Positions 17,715 to 22,714 of a DNA stretch of 22,714 bases are shown in pieces. A program made the position numbers and the translations under genes. The DNA is taken from sequence record SRR31156797_2108. One strand, written 5' to 3'. The notes under the pieces were generated by a model, which saw nothing but the letters and a program-made list of their open reading frames with translations, searched no databases and had not been told where the DNA came from. Positions within the stretch are counted from its first letter, which is position 1. Each line of letters begins with the position of its first letter.

Positions 17715-18380
17715 TCAAATCCCCAACCATTCCTCAATCTGCATTACCTCAACAGCCTTTTTGTGCAGGTAGATAAAGTTTTCCTGATCATTGAACCATT
17801 CTAAAGTTTCTTTTCGCTTTAATTTTGTTGGTTTAGAGCTCACACAGCTCAAATAAGAACTCCAGCCATATTCGATGGGGTGTTTACAAAAACCATGATG
17901 AATTGGATTGTTATGGATGTATAAAACCAACTGACGAAAATATTTTTCGTAGTCAATCAACTTTCGTTTGAACGGGCGTTCGAATAAGGTGCCGTGACGA
18001 TCGTTTTTTTTGTTGATATATCTTGTGTAGGAATTAAATAGGTGTGAAAAGTGTAAATGTGGTTTTAAAATCTTAACGCTGTCAGATCCTTTGGATGCTG
18101 ACAGGTTTGTAGTTTCCCATTTAATTTCATCAAACCTGACAGCGTCATTAGACCTGTCAGCGTTGGAATATTTATAACAAATATTGTCCTTAATTCTTAC
18201 CAACAAATGAAAATGATTCGGCATCAGTACCCACGCAAAAGTATCTGCTATAGGATCAATATACTTTTCATACAAATTTAGAAAGTGACTATAATTGTTT
18301 TCATCCAAAAACAAATCGCAACCATTAATTCCACGATTGTAAATGTGATAGTATTTGCCAGGTTCGAGAGGTTCCATCAT
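17715..18380 (-). CDS. REP-associated tyrosine transposase (RAYT; Y1 HUH, IS200/IS605-related)
   Basis: YYHIYNRG, AWVLMPNHFHLLV (HUH), GTLFERPFK, LVLYIHNNP (catalytic Tyr), WSSY; surrounded by REP-like palindromes; no tnpB. Confidence 0.9.
   Translation of the reverse strand: MMEPLEPGKYYHIYNRGINGCDLFLDENNYSHFLNLYEKYIDPIADTFAWVLMPNHFHLLVRIKDNICYKYSNADRSNDAVRFDEIKWETTNLSASKGSDSVKILKPHLHFSHLFNSYTRYINKKNDRHGTLFERPFKRKLIDYEKYFRQLVLYIHNNPIHHGFCKHPIEYGWSSYLSCVSSKPTKLKRKETLEWFNDQENFIYLHKKAVEVMQIEEWLGI
18075..18164. repeat. Two REP palindromes inside the RAYT CDS (inverted doublet)
   Basis: AACGCTGTCAGATCC-TTT-GGATGCTGACAGGTTT (18075-18108) and AAACCTGACAGCGTC-ATTA-GACCTGTCAGCGTT (18132-18164). Confidence 0.88.
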
Positions 18381-18469
18381 TTCTTATTTTCATTAGATCA
18401 AGATGATTGAAATTAATAAAAAAATAGTAGCAGTATAAAATATTGTACACACATTTTAAAATCAAAATT

Positions 18470-18548
18470 CCCCGTAAAAACGCGATGCCTCGCATCTGTG
18501 TATGATGCAAATCAATGCCTCGCGTCTGTATAGCATACCTAACGCCTG
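18470..18548 (+). repeat. 79-bp direct repeat, copy 2
   Basis: CCCCGTAAAAACGCGATGCCTCGCATCTGTGTATGATGCAAATC...; matches 17472-17550. Confidence 0.9.
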
Positions 18549-18621
18549 CACAAGTTCCAAATCATTCCAACAATCCTTATCAATCGGCAATTATAGAATC
18601 ACACAAATTAAAATCAAAAGA

Positions 18622-18649
18622 AACCGTCAGGCATTACATCCTGACAGTT
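18622..18649 (-). terminator. Hairpin downstream of the 189-aa gene (probable terminator; shares the CTGACAG core with the REPs)
   Basis: AACCGTCAGG-N8-CCTGACAGTT with 1 mismatch, followed on the minus strand by TCTTTTGATTTT. Confidence 0.55.
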
Positions 18650-18661
18650 CCTGGAATAGAG

Positions 18662-19231
18662 TTATTGCAGCACAAACTCTTTATCCGTTTCATTTCCCGG
18701 ATAATCAAAAGCCTTAACTACAACTTTATCTCCGCTAAATTCAGTATTGGCAACAGTAGCAGCATATTCCCATTCAAATTCACTACCATTTTTGCTAGCC
18801 AATCCTTTTTCTACCAGGCTACCATCATTGTGATAGATTTCAACCTCAACATGTTCCACTTTAAAGTCGTCAAATGCAATAATTTCAATCTTATCTCCAA
18901 TTTCACCATGATATTCCTTTGCATTCAGATCTTCAACTTCAGGAGCATGAAAATAATCCGCTACGGCTAAATTATAGCCACTATATGTACCATTTTTCTT
19001 AGCACTTTCGTCGTATTCCTCTTTCATTTCAGGAATACTCATTTGAACTTTTGCAAATTGAATTGCCTTTTTGAACCTCTTTTTTTGCTCCTCCTGGGCA
19101 TCTGTACTTTCTGCCGAGCGATGTGGTGCTGAAGATAAAATGGTGCGACCACGACTTTGCCTAAATACAAGATTTTGTCCAAGCTTTCCGCTTAAACCTG
19201 ATGTCACTAAATTTTTCTCAACTACAGCCAT
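18662..19231 (-). CDS. Hypothetical protein (DUF6266-like basic N-terminus, acidic Ig-like C-terminus)
   Basis: GLSGKLGQNLVFRQSRGRTILS...TDAQEEQKKRF resembles a Bacteroidota family N-terminus; beta-rich C-terminus ending AFDYPGN. Confidence 0.75.
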   Translation of the reverse strand: MAVVEKNLVTSGLSGKLGQNLVFRQSRGRTILSSAPHRSAESTDAQEEQKKRFKKAIQFAKVQMSIPEMKEEYDESAKKNGTYSGYNLAVADYFHAPEVEDLNAKEYHGEIGDKIEIIAFDDFKVEHVEVEIYHNDGSLVEKGLASKNGSEFEWEYAATVANTEFSGDKVVVKAFDYPGNETDKEFVLQ

Positions 19232-19322
19232 AATTTTACATTTTAAATTAATACTATATTTGTTTTATTTGTATGAATAATCGATAAATCCTGATTAATG
19301 GATTTAAATGTATGATAAAGTT

Positions 19323-19330
19323 CAAAAGTA
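19323..19330 (-). promoter_or_regulatory. Bacteroidota -7 element for the 189-aa gene
   Basis: Minus-strand TACTTTTG, about 90 nt upstream of the ATG. Confidence 0.5.
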
Positions 19331-19447
19331 ATTTAGTAAATGTCAATAGGTGGCGAAGGTGTAAGTAAGATGTCAAAGGGATGAATAGGTTTAGAAACTT
19401 ACATTTATACTAAACCATAATTATAAGCTTAACTACATATTTCTTTC

Positions 19448-19491
19448 TTCGCTATGTGTTCGCAATGCCTTCGCAATGTCTGTGCAATGCC
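19448..19491. repeat. Four tandem 11-bp repeats
   Basis: TTCGCTATGTG TTCGCAATGCC TTCGCAATGTC TGTGCAATGCC. Confidence 0.8.
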
Positions 19492-19798
19492 ATTATTGGG
19501 TTTAATAAAACATAAATAAGACCATTGATGCAATACTATATGATAAACAATAAAAAGGCTGAAAATCAGAGATATATCCGATTATTTATTTTGTTTCTAA
19601 ATAAATAATCAATTTCCTGCAGCAGGTTTTGGATGTAAATGACCACTAAATTTATCCAAAATTGTTCCAAAACGTCATTTTTGGGAAGAGAGCTTTAAAA
19701 AACAAACAATTCTGAATACTTGTAAGTAGAAGTGTAATGAACAATACAACAAGCAGGAAAGGAGCAGACTAAAAAGCAATTTCGAAATCAGATCAAAC

Positions 19799-19824
19799 AA
19801 AAAAGCCTCCATTTAGGAGGCTTT
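19799..19824 (-). terminator. Rho-independent terminator of mnmE
   Basis: AAAGCCTCC-ATTTA-GGAGGCTTT, with an A-run on the + strand giving the U-tail on the minus strand. Confidence 0.85.
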
Positions 19825-19847
19825 CTGTATCATATATTTTGCTGGGT

Positions 19848-21251
19848 TTACTTCCCGATACAAAAGTTCTTGAAGATGTTCCCTAAGACTTCGTCAGTGC
19901 TAATATCACCAGTGATCTCACCAAGGAAGTGCAGGCATTCGCGAATGTCCTGAGCAAGGAAATCGGTAGGAATTTGGCTTTCCAATCCATTTGAGACTCT
20001 CTCTATGCTTCCCAGTGCATTTTTAAGAGCTTCAAAATGGCGGATGTTGGTAACAATTACATCCTGTTCGTTTACCTTACCCATGTTCACCGATTTTAGC
20101 AATTCATTGGTTAGGGCATCAATATTTTGTTTTTGCTTGGCAGAGATAAACAAGATTTTATCTTCCACTTCCAGTCCTACGAGTCTTTTTGCAATTTCCT
20201 GAGGGTTTTCAATCAGATCGATCTTATTGATACAAATCACCAGGTGCTGAGTATCACGGTCTATGGTTCTGTTAACCGCAGCAATCGATTCGTTTACCTT
20301 ATCAATATCTTTGTCGGCATCTACCAAAAGCATTACAATTTGTGCCTGCTTCATCTTGCTATAAGTACGTTCAATACCCATACTTTCGATTCTATCCTGG
20401 GTGGTTCGTATACCTGCCGTATCGATAAATCGGAAGGTGATTCCTCCAAGGTTAATGGTATCCTCAATCACATCTCGGGTGGTTCCCTCAATATCAGAAA
20501 CAATAGCTCTGTCTTCGTTTAAAAGGGCATTCAAAAGAGTCGATTTTCCAACATTTGTATTTCCCACAATGGCAACCGGAACTCCATTTTTAATCACATT
20601 CCCCAACTCGAAAGAGTTCACCAATTTCTCGATTAAGCTTTTGATTTCGTTAACCAGATTGTTCAGTTGAGTACGATCTGCAAATTCAACATCTTCTTCA
20701 CCAAAATCCAATTCCAATTCTACCAATGATATGAAATTGAGTAATCGTCCACGTAGATTGGCAATTTCACTAGAAAACCCACCTCTCATTTGTTGCAAGG
20801 CTACCTTGTGAGCAGCCGCAGAATTAGAGGCAATCAAATCGGCTACAGCCTCAGCTTGCGACAGATCCATTTTACCATTTAGAAAGGCTCTCTGTGTAAA
20901 CTCACCAGGATTTGCAGTTCGGGCTCCGTTTTTAATCAAGACCTGTAAAATTCGATGTTGAATGAAAGGCGCACCATGACAGGCAATTTCTATGCTGTTT
21001 TCTCCAGTGTAGGAGTGAGGCGCTTTAAATAAGCTAACCAACACTTCATCAATAATTTCATCACCATCCTGAATGGTACCAAAATGAACCGTATTTGCTT
21101 TTTGCTCATTCAGACTTTTAGTTTTTACAGGATGAAACACCTTTTCGCAAATGGAGATAGCATTTTCTCCCGATAGGCGCACAATTGCAATAGCCCCATT
21201 ACCAGGAGCAGTAGAAATTGCACATATAGTAGATTGATCAATCATAAACAA
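19848..21251 (-). CDS. mnmE: tRNA modification GTPase MnmE/TrmE (start may be 21245)
   Basis: TICAISTAPGNGAIAIVRLSG, PHSYTGE, GEFTQRAFLNGKMDLSQAEAV, GNTNVGKS, GTTRD, DTAGIR, NKID, FCIGK terminus. Confidence 0.98.
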   Translation of the reverse strand: MFMIDQSTICAISTAPGNGAIAIVRLSGENAISICEKVFHPVKTKSLNEQKANTVHFGTIQDGDEIIDEVLVSLFKAPHSYTGENSIEIACHGAPFIQHRILQVLIKNGARTANPGEFTQRAFLNGKMDLSQAEAVADLIASNSAAAHKVALQQMRGGFSSEIANLRGRLLNFISLVELELDFGEEDVEFADRTQLNNLVNEIKSLIEKLVNSFELGNVIKNGVPVAIVGNTNVGKSTLLNALLNEDRAIVSDIEGTTRDVIEDTINLGGITFRFIDTAGIRTTQDRIESMGIERTYSKMKQAQIVMLLVDADKDIDKVNESIAAVNRTIDRDTQHLVICINKIDLIENPQEIAKRLVGLEVEDKILFISAKQKQNIDALTNELLKSVNMGKVNEQDVIVTNIRHFEALKNALGSIERVSNGLESQIPTDFLAQDIRECLHFLGEITGDISTDEVLGNIFKNFCIGK

Positions 21252-21303
21252 TGTGATATTAATAAGAAGCAGAGGATAGATCCTTCTTCCGAATTTGAAT
21301 CTA

Positions 21304-21311
21304 CAAAGATA
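21304..21311 (-). promoter_or_regulatory. Bacteroidota -7 element for mnmE
   Basis: Minus-strand TATCTTTG, about 55 nt upstream of the start. Confidence 0.65.
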
Positions 21312-21362
21312 AGCGAGATTTGTGAATTAGAAATGAAGAATGATAAATTAATAATTCCAACA

Positions 21363-21667
21363 CTTTACACTTGCTGCTTTTTCCTTTGAACTTTTACTTT
21401 TCGCCTTTCTCCCTTTTTCCTTTTACTTTTACTTTTTCTTGAATTTGAGATTTGATGTTTGAAATCTTGAAAAGCAAAATCTAACAGCTCATTATTATTC
21501 AACTTTCTTTATCCTTAACGCTTTTACCTTTTTCCTTTTACACTTTCTCCTTTGATCTTTTACTTTTCTCCTTTCTCCTTATCCCTTTCTCCTTTGATCT
21601 TTTCATTTTTTTCCAGAAGCTTATTACCTGGAACTTGCCACTTGGAGCTTGTTACTTGGAACTTGTT
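21363..21667. repeat. Degenerate 7-bp-period tandem repeat tracts
   Basis: For example CTTTCTC CTTTGAT CTTTTAC TTTTCTC CTTTCTC CTTATCC CTTTCTC CTTTGAT (21543-21598) and GCTTATT ACCTGGA ACTTGCC ACTTGGA GCTTGTT ACTTGGA ACTTGTT (21619-21667). Confidence 0.85.
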
Positions 21668-21720
21668 TTTTAACTCAAAAATCCCCACATCTTGGTATTG
21701 TCTCTCGAATAGAATGCGAT

Positions 21721-21746
21721 TAGTTTTGTGTAATCATTCTAAATAA
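21721..21746 (+). promoter_or_regulatory. -7 promoter element followed by a Fur-box-like half site
   Basis: TAGTTTTG (21721-21728), then TAATCATTCTAAATAA, resembling the right half of the Fur consensus (TAATCATTATC). Confidence 0.45.
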
Positions 21747-21755
21747 AATAAGTGT

Positions 21756-22091
21756 ATGATCTACAATAGAACCTCAAATGGCACTCTGTTTCGTTGCGAT
21801 TCCTGTCAATCCATTCATATGGAATTCAACAATATGAACATCAATTTTACCACGGAAGAGAAATACCTTCAGTTTGCCGATTACATTCATGCAATAAGCA
21901 TTGATGCAGCACTTCAGCAAAATGCTCATTCACCCTATCAACGAAAGATTGTGATTCCCATTGGAGGCGGAGGGTGCAACTTCATGCTTCATCCAGGCGA
22001 ATTGGAGGATTTAAAGCGTCTATGTATTTCCAATTTGAATAAGAGCATTGTTTCCCTTGGTGAATTAAAAATTGACTACAGCCTGAATTAG
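21756..22091 (+). CDS. Small CxxC-containing hypothetical protein (DUF6686-like)
   Basis: CDSCQSIHMEFNNMNINF motif; own promoter; family call from memory of the motif. Confidence 0.7.
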   Translation: MIYNRTSNGTLFRCDSCQSIHMEFNNMNINFTTEEKYLQFADYIHAISIDAALQQNAHSPYQRKIVIPIGGGGCNFMLHPGELEDLKRLCISNLNKSIVSLGELKIDYSLN

Positions 22092-22135
22092 TCCATTGAC
22101 CTTTTATTTTCTATGGGATTTCGTGTCTATTTTTC

Positions 22136-22143
22136 TAATTTTG
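22136..22143 (+). promoter_or_regulatory. Bacteroidota -7 element
   Basis: TAATTTTG, 26 nt upstream of ATG 22170. Confidence 0.55.
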
Positions 22144-22169
22144 TCCGTTCAGTAAAGATTTAGAATAAG

Positions 22170-22538
22170 ATGAAAAATATAAGTGGACGTTGGTCGTTTA
22201 ACGAAGATTTTGGTTTCGGTAAAGATGTTGGATTTGCAGAATTTACTCAGAAAGAGGATCAGTTGAGTGGAGTTGTTGTGTATACCGAAAGAATAGATGG
22301 AGAAACGCCATTCAGAGTAGAACAACATGTAGAAGGAACTTTCGATGGTAGCAATTTTAGCGTTACCGGTACCAAAGTTGAGCTTTTAGACTGTGAAAAG
22401 GTCTTTGAATACAACCTGGATACCTGGGAAGGAGTCTTAAATGCTCAGAATCAGATCGTGGGACACAGTCACGACGATCACGATTGTTTTGGCGTGTTTG
22501 TAATGGAGCCAATTGAACTTCTTGCAGAGAATAAATAA
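22170..22538 (+). CDS. Hypothetical protein (122 aa, acidic, beta-rich)
   Basis: ORF with upstream -7 element and A-rich leader; ISGRW N-terminal motif; no recognised function. Confidence 0.75.
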   Translation: MKNISGRWSFNEDFGFGKDVGFAEFTQKEDQLSGVVVYTERIDGETPFRVEQHVEGTFDGSNFSVTGTKVELLDCEKVFEYNLDTWEGVLNAQNQIVGHSHDDHDCFGVFVMEPIELLAENK

Positions 22539-22649
22539 AGAAAAAAAAGTTTACTAAAACGTAAAGTGGATTTCGCATTGCTAATCAGTCAATTGTTGTT
22601 GAAAGTGCTATAAATAGCGACATTCAGACATTATTTTAATGCCAAAACA

Positions 22650-22681
22650 TTTGGAGGCAATGGAAAAATGTATCATATTTG
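22650..22681 (+). promoter_or_regulatory. Stable-RNA promoter (-33/-7)
   Basis: TTTG (22650-22653), 20-nt spacer, CATATTTG (22674-22681; one mismatch to TAnnTTTG), directly upstream of a tRNA-like start. Confidence 0.65.
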
Positions 22682-22699
22682 CACCGCAATCAACGCAAC

Positions 22700-22714
22700 G
22701 CGGATGTGGCGTAA
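22700..22714 (+). tRNA. 5' end of a tRNA, probably tRNA-Leu (truncated by window edge)
   Basis: GCGGATG-TGGCGTAA fits an acceptor-stem 5' strand plus the start of the D-arm/A-box; anticodon not visible. Confidence 0.6.

Noticed and set aside
17715-18380. Canonical IS200/IS605 insertion sequence
   Set aside because: No tnpB; length, WSSY tail and multiple dispersed palindromes fit a RAYT better.
17472-18548. CRISPR array or DGR template/variable repeat pair
   Set aside because: Only two copies about 1 kb apart, no regular spacers, no cas or reverse transcriptase gene; mismatches are mostly transitions and not adenine-specific.
18325-18970. ORFs 18325-18510, 18502-18717 and 18515-18970
   Set aside because: They span the direct repeat or are antisense to the 189-aa gene, with no protein-like motifs.
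7546-19848. Integrative element with att sites at the mnmE 3' end
   Set aside because: No integrase, and no duplicate of the mnmE terminus found by eye.
21552-21746. 64-aa F/S/L-rich ORF
   Set aside because: It is a translation of the heptamer repeat tract.

Overview
This is an AT-rich Bacteroidota window, supported by susC/susD genes and TAnnTTTG promoters. 1-7545 is the distal end of a polysaccharide-utilisation locus: partial SusC, SusD, an unclassified clan GH-D-like enzyme and a GH97. 7546-17253 is a decayed-edge defence cluster. It starts with two pseudogene scars missing from the ORF track (an rtcB 3' end, and a probable DUF4268-type 5' end fused to an Mrr-like 3' end). These are followed by a coupled PD-(D/E)XK nuclease plus unknown partner, a complete type I R-M system (hsdM-hsdS-hsdR, with G8 tracts in hsdM and hsdS), an M48/YgjP-like peptidase and a membrane protein. 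17350-18650 holds a REP-associated tyrosine transposase (RAYT) with REP palindromes in frame inside its own CDS, bracketed by 79-bp direct repeats; the same REP also lies between hsdR and the peptidase. The rest is a 189-aa hypothetical preceded by 11-bp tandem repeats, mnmE, a heptamer-repeat tract, two small hypotheticals and the first 15 nt of a tRNA (probably Leu). Family calls come from motif recognition by eye; no searches were run.
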